A stretch of DNA of 64,000 nucleotides from Pseudovirgaria hyperparasitica (GCA_010093815.1 ML996567.1), one strand, 5' to 3'. Positions 48,150 to 62,680 are shown, numbered from the stretch's first letter. Made by a program: numbers and translations. The notes: a model not told the origin generated them from the sequence alone.

Positions 48150-49429
48150 TTAACCCCGATCAATCCACGCAGTGTTCCCCTCTACGTCTGAGTTGGGAAA
48201 CTGAAATACCTTCTGTATGGTTGAATAAGGCTCGTACTGCTCGTCACTAAACAGCCTCGTTACGTTTGCAAGGATTCTACCCGTCTCGTTGAAACCTGGG
48301 CCATAATCTCTCCACTCGGCCATGGTCGTGTTGTAGTTGAATCGATCATCTGTGGTTCCCCACTTGATATACCCAGAAGACTGAATGGAGTCATCCAGAG
48401 AGCAATTGGCAAAGATTGACCGATGTTGTGCGTTCTGTCACGGTGGCCAGTCAGCGTATTGACAGCACCCAATGTTGCCGGAACGGAAGGAGCGTACCCA
48501 TGGCCTTCCGAGCGCGCATTTCCCGGAGATACTTAGACTGGAATTCGCCTTCTCCACGTGCGAGTCGTGGATGTAGACACCATATTTGTTGACGAAGGTA
48601 GTGTTCGTGCCTTTCCACGCTGTGATGCCACCACCGCAGCTCCGCAGCGAGAGACGTGAGGACTGGATCCAGGCTGTGCCGAAGCCGTACAGGAAGTCGG
48701 TTTGGCCAGCAATCTCACATGAGTGGAAGTAGGCATTGCCTAGCTTCCCAATATACACCTACGACAATCAGCGACAGACAGGCAGGCAGACAGACAGACA
48801 GATAGGGCAGAGTGATGCTCCTGGCTTACCGTATCCTGATAGCTGTAGAACCCGCAGTTATAGAAGCCAGTGTTTGCATAGCTGACGGACACGGCTAAGC
48901 TAGGTCCGGCAGCGTACGGACGCCAGTCATTGATGAAATTGATATTGTACACTCGAAAGTCCTGATTTCCAAACGGTGTATCGGCAGGCACAGCATTCCC
49001 CGTCGGACCGGATCCGGTCAAGCTGGCGTTGAGCGTGGGCGCCACAGTCAGGACACTCGTAAAGGCATTATCCAGCGTGCCAGTCTCCGCCGTGCCGGTC
49101 GCCTGGCGCCATATGATGTTGACCAAGTTAGTCGACTGATCACCTGGCGACGAGGTGGTCTGGCCGAGCAGCGTGAGTGGACCGGCTCGGGTCACGTTGA
49201 GCTGCTCGGTGTAGTTCCCGGGCTGGATCAGGATGGTGTACGAGGCGTTGTTGTGTGGGAGGCTTGAGATTGCCGACTGCACCGTCGTGAATCTTGCTGT
49301 CGGGCCTACTAGGATTGTGGTGTCTTTCGGACAGCCTTGGTACGGATCGGGTGTTCTGGACTGGCAGGCATGGCGGTCAAAGGCGATGCAGAGCCGGAAT
49401 GCGAGAGTTGCTAGTGCTACAATCCTCAT
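48150..49429 (-). CDS. Secreted pectin methylesterase (CE8), 3 exons
   Basis: Signal peptide; FTTVQSAI, PGNYTEQLNV, FYSYQDT|VY, IAGQTDFLYGFG, LGRPW|N, AEWRDYGPG; exons 49429-48830, 48758-48498, 48434-48150. Confidence 0.9.
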
Positions 49430-50244
49430 GCTTGAGACTATAACGCAAACAGTGATATATTCTCTTTCAATGCTTGAAATGGAAGAATGTGAACTCAACC
49501 AATCGCTTCAGACATATACAAAGGGGGGGGGGAGAGATTCCTTTGTATGAACCTCTGACATTATTCTCCTTAACTTGAAACATCGTCCTTCAATTCTCAT
49601 GACTATGCAGGATATCTCATTTTTGGTGACATGATAGTATTCTTCGCATCCATGCCTTTCTAGCCGAATGCGGGGAAGGTTAGATTGAGCAGCGAGAACA
49701 ATCTGGACGGAGACCTCAGGCATTTATCCGTCAATAGCAAGTAGGCCAATGCTCCTTCCGTTCATTCATCCATCAAGTCCAACACCAAGTCCCGTGACAT
49801 GAACTGGACTACTCGTAAGGTCGAGCGCACCCGGATACGGCGCGTATACGATATAGCTAGTCGAGTGACGAAGTACGTCTCTGGTCAAACGTCCTCGGCC
49901 GGGGCACAACTTCCTCCATCCACATTCCACGCTATCCAATTCACAGCATCGATCCATCATATGCACAAACAACACCTAAGCATCACCAAGCCTCCGCAAG
50001 CGCCTTGGGAAAGGGGTGGGTTACAGCTCGGCAAGTCGCCGTGTGCGGACGTGTGTATGTATGTATATACCCCAATCGAGACTAGATAGATAGACATCAT
50101 CGACATCGTTACCGGACGGGAAGAGCGGCAGACCAGCGATGCTGATCAAAGATGCGTTTTGTCTTGATTGGGGTTTAGGCCCCCATCCATGGCAGGGCAG
50201 CTATCTACGACGCTACGGAGTTGTTGTTAGTGTGTTTTGCACAT

Positions 50245-50271
50245 GACGACGACGACGACGACGACGACGAC
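50245..50271. repeat. (GAC)9 microsatellite
   Basis: Read directly from sequence. Confidence 0.9.
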
Positions 50272-51437
50272 AACGATGACAGCGCGGCGTGTTTTATCGA
50301 TCTGGCTGACTAGCTATGGCTAAAAGATACAATATCTTTATAGGTTTTGTTTGCTGATATGTTTATGTTCGTCGGATAGCGTCACGTATGTATGATAGGC
50401 CAGGACGTCCCAAGCACCACCATAACCGCACAGTCGTCCCTGACTGTACGAATGGCACGTATAGAAGCCTCATGGAAGCGGTGAAGGATTCGTGTGGCAG
50501 GGCCATATATGGTATAAGCGTGCATGGAAGGCTCGTACAACAGCAGCAGCAGCAGTTAATACTGGATGGCGTGCATGTACGTGTATGCCGGCAAGGACAG
50601 CATCGACACCGACAAGCAGGATCCGGGGCGGGTGTGTTGTGGCAGTTTAGCAGTCTGGCTGAGCATGGTAGGGTATCTATTGTAGGGCTGTGGCTGAGGT
50701 GGTGGTACTGTATTTGTAGCACATCGTACACACGTCCATCAACGACTATTCGCACAATGATACCTAAACGGGAGCGTGCGATGAACATCCATCAAACTAC
50801 GAATGACTAATGTGAGGTGGGGTTGAGAAAGAGTATGGTCTAGCCGGATTGAGCAATTGGGACTGCGCAGCTTGTGGGGGCGTGATTGGTGGAAGGAGGA
50901 GATGCGTTTGTCAGCTCAGCATGCTTTCCAACCAGCCCTAGGCAGTCATTAGGGTGCAGGTTAGTAATTATGTATGCGGACAGACTTGAAGTCGCAATGG
51001 TTAATTAATCCGCGGGATCAGTCACACTGCTAGTTGATACTCGATCTAGACATTACGCAACACACCGTAGATGGCTTGCGCGGATTGCGAAGTGGTTTGC
51101 GTGTGTGCGTATGGGTGTGATGTGGTTTGGTAGGAGAGTAAAAAGTGGGCGGTGATTGCGTATATGCAGGCATACTTACACAGATACTGTAACGGCATAG
51201 ATACGAAAGGCGACTCCGAGCGGCAGACAGGCGGCGGATAGACGCGACTGTACGATGTATGCGTATCCGTATCGGGATGCCGCTCGTCTGTGCAGCGTCG
51301 GCAGGTAAAACGAACGAGCTCCAAGAACTGATACGCCAGCCTGCCTTCTCCCGTCAGCAGTCTCCAGGTAATAGGCAACCTAGCGCCCAGACGGACGAAC
51401 AAGTGATCGAAGCTGCCGGTTCTTCCAGAAACACCCT

Positions 51438-51461
51438 GATGATGATGATGATGATGATGAT
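51438..51461. repeat. (GAT)8 microsatellite
   Basis: Read directly from sequence. Confidence 0.9.
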
Positions 51462-53332
51462 ATCGCTACGAGGGCCATGCACGACCTGGGATCGCATCGG
51501 GTGGTGGCAGTTGGAAAGTTGGGAAGGTAGGGCGTGCATGTATGTGTGTAATCAGGGCGGTATCGGCATCATGGACATGTCCATTGATGGGCGTGATGAT
51601 AATGTACTGGCACTGATACAGGAGATTATACTAATGTCCGCGTAAAAGGCGAAAGCCGCGATGCGATGCGAGGAGAGAGTGTAAGGCAGATGACTCGACG
51701 ATAACTAGCTACATACTAGGTACCTAGCCAAAACCTAACGTTAGGCAAGGCGGTGATGCGGTGACCCTCAGGGCGCAAAGGCCGAAACCCCGAGCGCCGA
51801 ACCACAACTGAAACCTGGTATTACAAGTAGCTGTTGAGCAGGTGGCAGTGTGGGAATGCGATTGGCGGTACTGGATATTGTTGTGTAGGTCCTGAACCAG
51901 GGAACAGAAACAAAGCTGCAACGAGAGGGGGAGAGAAGGTTCATCCGCGCATTCGTGCGCGCGAGAGCCGGAGCCGGTCAAAAGGCTGGTTCCGAGCCAA
52001 CAAGGACGACTCACTAATTACCCATCATGACCGTCAAACGTCTGATGATTGAATCAAAAGACTGAAAGTGAATCATCCGCAGTCACGCAATAATGAGCAA
52101 TCTCGACAAGGAATTCAGGCAAACGGTGCTGGGGTTGGCGTAGAGGCGGCAGTCATTCCTGCAGTGCCCGTTACAATATGCACCGCATTCCTCGCGTCGC
52201 ATATTGACACACGCATTGCTGGAGGGCGCAGCGGTGTTGCTTGCGTTGCGTTGCGTTGTGTTGCATCCATCGACCATCGATCAGCTGGAAGAAGTCTGCC
52301 TGACGACGAAACGTTTGGGGGCCTGGCGGAGTCGGGTCGGGCGGACGGACAGATAGATGTTCTTGCACGATACGAGAGAAAAGGGTATCAAGTGCGAGCC
52401 TAAGAATGACATCCCATCTTGTGACTAGCACGCCTATCTACTGATTGAGGGAAGCATCAGTGTTTTCAATAGTGATGAATGCCTAAGGTAGGTAATTAGT
52501 TCAACAGTTGGCTCGCACCATCGGACGTATATCATGGGCCGCTGCTTGCGTAAGTCCTAACCCCCAAAAGCAACAAAGCCTTTGCAAGTGTCAAGCCACA
52601 CAATAGGACTGAGTGGACTGAGGCCCAACATTCATATCACGTCATGCTTGGAATCTTGGAATCTTGGAATCTTGGACATTGGAATCTTGGAGGTCGTAGT
52701 ATAGTGTAGTGTGTAGTATATTCTTCTCAACGGCTTGGGCCGTCTGGCGGGGCATAACGTTAACGCGAAGGGCTCACAGGTCGTGGTGGTAATGAGGCGT
52801 CCGGCGTATACGGGTGCGGCTAAACGGTATACTTTCACCGCATTGACAACAGCAATCAAACACTATGCAGCACCACGAACCACATCAAGGCATCTGCATT
52901 TACAATCATTCATTCCGCACCATCGTGACTGTGACTGCAATGGACCCGAAGCGGGATGGTGAGTGGTGGATGACTGGATCGTGTGCAGCGTAGGCGGATG
53001 AATCATCGACTATGAGGCCGACACGGCCGAAATGGATTACGCAGCATAGGTAGGTACCACTACTAATTAATTGTTGCAAGCAAGGCTGGCGGTGATTACA
53101 TACGCCCGCGGACGAATATGATGTACAGCCTGGCTGGGGGCTTCTTTTTGTTTGGTACCTAGAGTGGTGACTGTTGACTGGTCGGGGAGAAGGGGGGGGC
53201 CAAAGTCCGGAGAGACGAGAGAAGAGCCGACACGATAGCAACGACGAGACCGATGAGACCGACGAGAACGAGAAGAACAAGAAAGACAATGGAGGACAAT
53301 GAGTGAGTGGACAAAGGGACCAGAAAGATTTA

Positions 53333-53350
53333 GGGGGGGGGGGGGGGGGG
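53333..53350 (+). repeat. Poly-G tract (18 nt)
   Basis: Read directly; ~500 bp upstream of the ECM13-like ATG. Confidence 0.9.
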
Positions 53351-53854
53351 TGAGGATGTGGTGTGTGGGTGCAGCGTGGGGCCCAAGGCAGCCGGTTGTT
53401 AAGCTGACGAGATTTTGACCGCTCCAAGGCTCGTACGGGCTTTAGCGACGCCTAACCACCTAAACCCTCCCCTTGTCACCGACTCGTCCGAACCCATCCA
53501 TGCCAAATTCCCCGTTTCTGTCTTTACTGCCTCTCACACACAATCCTGTCTCCGAAAACATAAAGACCTTTGCCTCCGCCCGTTTCCACTTCCAGACACA
53601 CACACACACTCTCCAGTATCATCAACTCGAACTATCTCAAGCTTCAGTACACACACTACAACATCAACAACAACTCAAGCCACCCGCTACTATTCCTCCA
53701 CCACGCATACCCGATCCGTTTAGCACCGCACGGACACCCCTGCTGCACATCAATCATAGGAAACAAAAGAAGAGTCACCGTCACGGACATTTAGCCTTGA
53801 CTCACCAGGCAGTCATTCTCACAAAACCTCCACCCACTCTTGCATCTCATCACA

Positions 53855-54613
53855 ATGCCTTCCCATCTCAGGAACCAAGCTCTCTTTGAGCCATTCTCCG
53901 CCGAAGCCACCCGCTCCCACTACATCACCGCTCCTCCACAGAAGAAGCAGAAGATGTCCCTCACCCAGACCTACTACATTGCCTCGTCGGCACGGTCGAA
54001 GCTGGGCAGGGAAGCTGGAAAGCCAGACCACAACCTGAGGCTGCTTGTCGGCCATGCAAACCTGCTCGATTCCCTCATGATCGAGCTCGCCGATGCTGAG
54101 CGGGACCAAGAAGCCTGGTTCAATCAGAACGTCAACAGGGCCGCCAAGGCTGACGAGCCCAAGCACATCCAATGGGTCGACAGCATCCGCGAGGAGGAGG
54201 ACGAGGACTCAGACTCAGACTCAGAGTACGACGACTCCGACTACGAAATGGTCGCTCCTCTCCGCCGCATTCCCTCCCCTCCCGTCCACATCACCACCGT
54301 AGAGTACGACGACGACTCAGACAGCGACGAGGAATTCGAGGACGACGAAGACGACGAGGAGCATGCTCTAGAACGTGTCCCATCAGCACATGCAATGCCA
54401 GAACTCATCCACGATGACGTCTCGGACGACGAGAGCCCGCCCACATCACCGCCTGCCTCGACCAGGGAGTTCAGCGAGCAGGACCGCGCCGCACTCACCA
54501 CCACATCCTTCTACGACAAGCCAGCCGCGATACCAGCCTCGCAACAAGACTCATTTGCAAAAGACGGCTTCTTCGTGCCGCAACGAAGCCAACCAATGAT
54601 TGCAACCTTCTAG
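53855..54613 (+). CDS. Ecm13-like acidic protein
   Basis: MSLTQTYYIASSARSKLGREAGKPDHNLRLLVGHANLLDSL motif followed by Asp/Glu-rich disordered region. Confidence 0.75.
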   Translation: MPSHLRNQALFEPFSAEATRSHYITAPPQKKQKMSLTQTYYIASSARSKLGREAGKPDHNLRLLVGHANLLDSLMIELADAERDQEAWFNQNVNRAAKADEPKHIQWVDSIREEEDEDSDSDSEYDDSDYEMVAPLRRIPSPPVHITTVEYDDDSDSDEEFEDDEDDEEHALERVPSAHAMPELIHDDVSDDESPPTSPPASTREFSEQDRAALTTTSFYDKPAAIPASQQDSFAKDGFFVPQRSQPMIATF

Positions 54614-57600
54614 ACCCACTCGACTTTGGGCAACAGCATCATTCCCCGTCTTTCTGCATAGCGATCTTTAGCGAGCGTCATTGTTTCCGGCATACCAGCG
54701 TATGGAGTTACTGGGAAAATATCCACTCAAATCAAGAGATTTTGTTCTTTCATTTTGTTTGTCATGGGTGGAGCTAGTAGTTACGGACACGAAATGACGG
54801 AGGAAGGTCATATATGGTCTATAGTGCACCTCCCTCTCACACTTTGTAGTGATTGAGGTTGAGATGGAGCACGGAAAGGAATATCTATAGCAATACACAA
54901 ATACAAAATATTCCCAAAAAAAAAAAAAAACCTTCATGTTCTCTTGCTCTTCGTGATCTGACAAACTAAACTTTCTCTCCATCTTCCATTCCCAACTGCC
55001 GGAGAACGCAGAACCAAAGTCCGCACTTCCCGTGCCGACGTTGCATGCTATTGCATACCAGGCATTCCCAGCCATCATCAGCTCACCGCCTGCCATGTGC
55101 TCACCTGACCCCCTCCTTGGGTTTACCTGGTCGCTCAGTCTAAGCTAGGTCTAGCCAGGCTAGCTTTACTTACTGCCTAGGTAAGTTACCTCAGGTCTGC
55201 ACGTAGTTACTGCTGTTCCTCAGGCATCCATCTACGTACCACTCAACAACAGGCTAATTATCATCTACATACCTATCTCCTTCGTTCAAAAGTATAAGCT
55301 ATGTGTCTAGACTATGCCATGCCACGCCATGCCATGCCACGCCGAGCTCCAGACCTGAGTAGACTTATCTGTTTGAGTATCTCTCGGTCTGGTAGACGCA
55401 TTCCCCACTGCCCGGATCGGAGAGTTTTGTCGTCCGAGTGCGAGTGCGAAGATAGAATAATAGATAGAGCAATTAGATAAGACTGTGAGATTGAACTGTA
55501 AGACTGGTGCGTGCTGTAGGTTTCTTAGTATGGGGTATATTGTAGCATGGTTTGTAGCTGGATTAGGTATGTGTGTGTGTAGGTGCGTGCGTGTGTGAGA
55601 CCGGGGATGCCGGCCGGCCGAGACCCGGACTCGGGAAGCGAATGGACGAACGAACGAATGTACCGAATGAATAAATGAATGTGAACGAACGAACTACTGC
55701 TCACAGGTCGGCCACAGGTCCCCAAGTCTACGTTGCGAAAAAAGTTTGGGACTGAATTACTTTTAGGGGATATAGAAGGTAAAAGAGAGTTTGCAAAATC
55801 GGTCGGGACTTGCCATTAGTATTTTTTCGTTTTTCGAAAAGGTAAAATTGGTTTTTTTTGCTTTGTGCTTTTTTCTTTTGGCTTCCTGTACCTAATTGAT
55901 ATGCTACCTAATGAACAAGCCAACCAACCAACGCGCAGCTATTGGATCTGGCAGACGAACAAAGCTGGACCGAGGAAGTGGATCTAGGCCTAGGTAAGTA
56001 TGGGTCGTGTACGCAGTACCGTACCGTAGGAGATATTTCCGACATGCCATCCCAAGCAAGCAAGCGAGCGAGCGAGCAAGCATGCAAGCAACACGGAATT
56101 GATAGCTTCTTTTTCTCGGCCTGTCTCTCTCTCTCTCTCTCTCCCACTATCGGAAATCTTCCGCTGCCTGTACGTATGTGTGTACGTATGTGTGTGTGGG
56201 TATGTATCGTGAAGGCCGAGGAGAATCTAGACACATACAATCACAATCTACGCGGAGAAGCCGCTGTGCACATATATTAATGAAATAGGAGACTTTGCAG
56301 GATAGGCAAATTGGTTAAAAAGACTTCCTTGCGAGATCGGAATATATCTGCGAAGGTTGATTGATTGATTGACTGATGGGATCTGGATCTGGATCTGGAT
56401 CTGGACTTGGACTTGCGTCCTGGGTTTTGGGAGACTCGGGATATTCTGCGGAGTGTTTTTTGCTTGGGTACCTGCTGAGCTGAGCTGAGCTGAGCTGGGC
56501 GCTGTTGCCTGCTAGAATACTGGAATACTGGGGAGACCGGGGGGGACATGGGGGACTGGTGCTGAGGCTGGATATTGAATTGGGCATGGGTCAGTCAGTG
56601 GGGACAGACAACACAGGGCCCGCCAGGGGGAAGAAAGAATCCCAGAAAGGGCATCATCATTGTGATCCCAAGGAGACGGACGGGATCTGAGAGTGCCGTG
56701 CCTGGGCCATGGCTGGGGGTCATCGTAGGGCCTGCATGATACCTGCTGCATAGGGGAGATGAGAGATGCAAGATGGATCCTGATGGGGTAGATGAGAAGA
56801 TGAGGCTGCAATGCTTGATCTCTGAGCGCTGCATGCATGGGCATGGGTGTGTCCATGGGTATGGGTATGGGGGCATGAAGCGATCCTTATGGATGGCACG
56901 CGAACGTGAACGGGCAATGGGGCATCAGGAACATGCGTCGAGTCTGTGCGTATAAATTACGTGTGGGAGATGAGAATCCGAAAGCCTGTGCTCAGCGCCT
57001 AGGTTATTAATTTTATCTGATTGATACGTATGGAGTAGATATTCTGACCCAAAGCAGGCATCGCTGCCCTGTCCCGCCAGCTGAATCCCCGTTATCTGTC
57101 ATACAGAAACGAGCTTCCATACTATAGCCGCTACGGTTGTTGTGGTTGTTGGTGTGTTTCGAGCATGGATGGCTACATCCATCGTTTTATTTGTTGGTGT
57201 TTCGCAATGCGTGTCCGCGTGCCTCGCGTAACTTGTAACTACCTACTGTAGTAACTACCCGTGCCGCCTTGAATGCAGTAGAATGTGATGCCGTAGACTG
57301 CATATGGAATGCAAAACTGCCAGCGCCGCTTAGCTGGCATGTAGGGTAGTCGTCGAGAGTGGTCCCAGCACATCTAACTCGGTGCTAGGATGACGACTGT
57401 GCCTCTCTCTGTTCTCAGCGTAGTAGTACCTGTTTACTACTGTATGTACAGTCAGAGCGCAGTCTTGGGACCAATTCCGTTGTAAAAAGCCAGTTTGCAA
57501 CAAGACCCTTGGCAGTCACGGCTATCGCGCGAGCAACCTCCCAGCCCGGGCAACCCTCAAAGCCGAAGAGGATCGAGTCAGCAACGTGGCAGTACCTATC

Positions 57601-60600
57601 CATGGACTGTACACAGTCAGATCAGCGCATGGCAGTGTCTCTCGTTCCTGGCCCTGACTGACGCGCCGCCAGGATTCAGGACTCCAGAGGCACACTCAGC
57701 CTTGCAAGGGAGCTATTTACATATGCGACAAGAGCGCACCAATTTTAGGCCGCGTTCGTGTTTCGGCCCCAAACCCATATTACATACGCGAAACCGAGGA
57801 CTGACTGTGGCCTGTACGCGTAATTATGGAGAGATCTAAAGAGGTGCTGTTCTACTGCTCCATATTGGTCCGGCTGTAGTTACGCGTATCTGAGCCACCG
57901 AGATGGCACTACGTAAATGTAGACAGATGCCATATGTCGGTCATCGACTTCAGAATCGGACCCTGCTATGATGAAACCAAAACCTGGCAGCAAAAAAAAA
58001 TATTGTTGATAGTGATAATGATGATGTCAGTAGCGAGGCCCCCCCGGTCGCGATGAGGCGGGTTGCTAGCCGAGTGCTTGATAATCGACGCGGAAGCATC
58101 AAAAACATACCACGACAGCATGACGTGCTTGATGAGCATGTTTATTGTCCATCGATTGGTAATTGAGCCTGGAATCGCGTCTGGATCAACGTCTTGAGGC
58201 CTGCGGACCGTCAAGGGCAGACAACTGGTGATTCCCAATCCGTCTGTCTACTCACTAGCATCCTCGAGCATCGAGACTCGAGGTGCAGACAAAGAGATTA
58301 CTCCTCGTTCTTCTTGGTCCTCTACGCGCTCCGGCTAACTATCGAATGTGAGAACCACGATAGTCCGTATGCAAGGGTAGGTAAAATTCTTCAAAACCCT
58401 GGTAAAGGAGACAAAGGGACAAAGGCATTCGTCTGGCCCGGTGCCGATTCCGCTCCGCTCACGAATGTCCCCTCAAAAACGGAATCGGGATCAAGTCAAA
58501 AGGGGGGGGTCCCTCTTAGTCGGAGATGGTTCACGAAAAACCTTGATCTCGATCGTGGATGCAAGGCATGTTTATTGCTTGTACCAGCATAGGACCGACA
58601 AAATGGTCCAAAACGGGCCGACATAAAACTCGTACGATGGTATATCCACGACCGTCGTACAAACAGGTAACAGGTTCAGGCACTGGTAACAAAGAATGAA
58701 TATCTTGGCTTTGCGCCACCGACTTTTCGGTGCGTCTATGCTGGAACCGCGGATAAACCACTCCAAGCCTTGGCTTCTTTAACTTTATAGAGCTGCAGAG
58801 CAGAGGCTCGACACGAGCCCAATATGCCAGTGCTTTTTCTACGGCCTTTCTAGTGCTTCGAGAAGCAGATCTGCAGTCATTCCATGAGGTCTGGTCTTCG
58901 GTCTTCATTGCCTCAAAACATCCATTAGGTTTTGTCATTTCGACATGCAGCGAGCAAGAGCACTAGGAGGTGTTTGTTTGCGCCGCCGTCGGGACCCTCT
59001 CAACGTCGTTGCCAGCGCACCAAGTTTCATTTCCCTTACCATCCAGTCACCTTGCCAACTCCTCCAAGTCTCGCGTTATTCGCTTGGCTCGTATGATCAT
59101 CCCTGGTCTGTTTATCGTTGCACATGTCAATGCCAATACCGGGGACGGGCACCGCCAAACCCGCTCCTGACTGATCGCCATGTGCCACATCATCTGCGAG
59201 GCGAGACCCTCTTGGCAAATGAGCCTCAGGCGTGCGTAGAACCGAATCCGAACATCGCGCCCGCGTCAGATTCCGGTCGTCTCGCATCTTCCTCGGGTCC
59301 GCATCGGTTGATTGAGACCGAGACTGTGGAGAGAGATCCATGGCGATCATGCCTGGGGTGATGCATGCACCTCCCCCTCACTACGTCGTAGATGGATGGT
59401 TGGCGTCTGTTGTTTGTCAGCTGTCTTCCCCGCATAGAGATGCTGCTTTTGGGTGGCTCTCACTGCTACATAGTACATCCTTCCCCCTCTGAGGGGGGTT
59501 TCTGATAAGGGTCGCGTCGCTCACCGCTCGTCTGCTGGCCTCCTCACACCGGTCGCTGTCTGCATATGTGGTGCTCGTCTACTTCTACTGCGTTGTCAGC
59601 TGCCCTCAATATGTCGTGGGGGTGCTTGCCAGTCTACACATGTGCATATGCTTGGTTCACCTGACCGGTCGACTAGATGGCATTCTCCCTTCTTGATACT
59701 GCCCGCTGGGCGATACATGTTGTTCAGACACGTCTATCTGATTACAGCCCTCGGAGGTCTTATGCATCGTGTGGGTAATCAAGACCGAATTACAGTATCC
59801 GCCTCCAGTCGATCGTATGGTTTGATGCCCGTTTCTCGAAAGTTGTCCATGAACGCGGAATATTGTTAGGCAAATGGATACGTGGACATAAGAGCTTGGG
59901 AGAGATGCCTATACAACTGCTATAACATATACACGTACGCATGTGCTTGCGAGAGCATTAGCATTATGGTTTGTCTAGACAAGGCAGGTCTCAATATCGA
60001 GGGTCGCAAGGATGACAGCACGCTATCTCTCAGCGTCAGGTACAGCATTCTATCGAGGCTCTCGAAACACGCCTACTCTTAACGGAAGATACATCTAGTC
60101 CCAGATTCATGATGATTCATATTGCTTGAAAGAGGCTGTACCAGGAACCTCCAAATCAGGACGAGATCTACAGACATCTAACGGGCTGGTCCTACGCCTA
60201 ACCCTCTACAGCTTTAGTAAGCGGAACGATCGTTAGTGTTGAGATAGTCACCCAATTGTACCACGCCGGCGAATTCACAACTGTTGCAATCTGCAAAAAT
60301 ATCTAGCAATGCCTTTGCACCTGACGTCATGTCATATATAAGCCATGCCGGCTGAAATGCCAATCCATCGCGATACAAGCTCACAATGCTTATGACTTTC
60401 TACCAAGTCTCAGTGAGATCAGATTGACTCCTGTCCCCAGACTCGCAAACGTTGGGACTGTGGCTGCGAGTACCAAACGGCAGATGCATGAGAGATCACT
60501 TCGTTTGAGGCTTGCCGCCCATCCCGAACAAGGGATCCACCTCGAATCAGGGACCCTGAGATTGTTTCCTACTATTATTGTTGTCGTGCAGCCTGCAAAG

Positions 60601-60629
60601 AGACTTCATCTCTTCCAGGTCGACACAAT

Positions 60630-62547
60630 ATGACGACCGCACTACCACACTTTGACTGGTAGATAGATCATTGTCTCAACATGGGAGCTGACGTGCTGAC
60701 TTCATGACAGGTCTCAGCGTAAGGGGAAGCAGCAGAAGTATGCAGTCGTTCCCTGCATCTCGGACCCTACGTCAGGGGTGAAGATGGAGAATGACGACGG
60801 CTCGGGACCTATCGTGTTTGGCCAAAGACATGAAGCAAGCTCAATGGAACTGTTCTTCGACCTGTTCTTTGTCGCAAACCTCGCCTTGTTCACGCAGTAC
60901 CACATCATAATCGAGCACTCCGGTTTTCTTGGGTACATAGGTCGGAAATTCCAGCCATCCAGCACGCTAACATAAGTTAACGTTGTGTAGAGTTCTTCTC
61001 CATCCTGTGGGGTACTTGGTTTTCCGTGACTCTTTTCGACGTGCGGTTCGCTTCGGACAGCCTCTACGAACGCGCTTGCAAATTGATACAATGCGCCGTC
61101 TTTGTCGTCCTATCTCTCGTAGGGTCGCATTTTGAACCAGGGACCGTCCAGACGTATGGCCAGAGCGAAACTCCATCGAATGACACATTCCGCATACTGA
61201 GCTATGCGTTGGCCACGAGTCGAGCGCTTCTAGCTATCCAGTACATCGTTGTAGCTGTCTTTTGTGCCCGGAGGGGATACAGAAAGGTGCTGGTTCCAGT
61301 TGGTCTCAACGCATTATTTTACTGTATCTCCGCAGTGGCTTTTGGCTTGATGACACTGGCTTTTCGTAGAATCCCGTTCCTCTCCAACGTTTACATTGTC
61401 TGGTATGTCATTCTCGCACTGGAGATTGCTGGTGTTCTGTCTGTGTCGACTGTCTGGCGTGATCTTGGGTTCAAGTTGACCCATCTGGTCGAGCGCATGA
61501 GCTTGTTGACACTCATCATAATCGGTGAAGGTATACTGGGTGTTGGCAAGACCATTTCCATCATCCTGAGAACGCATGAAAATGCGGAGTACTATGGATT
61601 GATATTCGTGATCCTGCTAGTGCGTACCACTACGAATCATAACTTCAATCCCAGAACTAATCGCCCTACAGATAATCATTTTCCTATGGATGATATACTT
61701 TGACAATACTCCTCACGGCCATTTCGGCACCATACGCCAACAAATATGGGCGTTTCTTCATTTCCCATTGCACCTGTCCATCTTAGGGATCGTTGAAGGT
61801 GCACAGCAACTCGTGCGTGGACGGTACTGGATACACGAGGTCATAGACATCGCCACAATGGTGCACGAATACTGTTTATCCGGCCTTGACGGCACAGAGC
61901 TAAGCAATGCTCTCGCCAGTTCTATCACAAGTTACAAGTTTGAAGACAAATCTATCGCCGGGTCAGACCTTCCCGACCTCATGAGAACGTTGGTAACCAT
62001 ATCAAACACGCCTGGCCTCTGCAACAGCACCTCAATCCGAGACTTGCCGACCTCCTGGACCTTTGATGAATTATATGCTGCAATCAATGGAACAGCACTA
62101 TTCGATCTGGTAGCAAACTTCGGATCGGCACTCTATGGCTCCACAATCGTGGACAACAACTGGCCTACGCAGCGGACACTGGACTCGGTCAACAGAGACG
62201 AATGGTCTGTGCCATACAGCTACTTCTGGGGATCTCTGGCCATATTCGCGTTTGTCTCGCATATCCTCATCTCCCTACGACGCAAGACCCGTGCCGACAT
62301 CTTCCTGTTTGTGCAAACCCTGTCGCGCATCCTGGTGTTGGCTGTGGCCATAGCATTGGGTGTTGTCGGGTCGTTCAACGACACCTTCTACTACAACTTT
62401 ACGGACTCACCGTCTGTAGTCACCATCGCAATGGGCTGTCTAGCTTTCGTCTTCATATCCGACTACATCGGAAGAGTCGCGAGTAACTGGCAGGTAGGCA
62501 AGCGGAATGAGCGACTGGACATTGATGACGAAGGCGAGAAGCGCTAG
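60630..62547 (+). CDS. LtrA-like (low temperature requirement A) polytopic membrane protein, 4 exons
   Basis: Exons 60630-60658, 60711-60940, 60991-61619, 61672-62547 splice in frame; ELFFDLFFVANL, FDVRF, HLVERMSLLTLIIIGEG, WAFLHFPLHL motifs. Confidence 0.8.
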
Positions 62548-62578
62548 ACGAGCTACATGGTACATATCAGCGTATCAC

Positions 62579-62582
<4 letters not shown>

Positions 62583-62620
<38 letters not shown>
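62583..62620. repeat. (AT)19 microsatellite between convergent 3' ends
   Basis: Read directly from sequence. Confidence 0.95.
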
Positions 62621-62624
<4 letters not shown>

Positions 62625-62680
62625 CACATCCATCTCATCGCCCTCCAACCCCACATCCCTCCCTTCTCCTAACCTGAACC

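Noticed and set aside
48260..48472. Apparent frameshift or truncation at the pectinesterase 3' end
   Set aside because: Intron 48497-48435 restores the frame through to the stop at 48150; gene is intact
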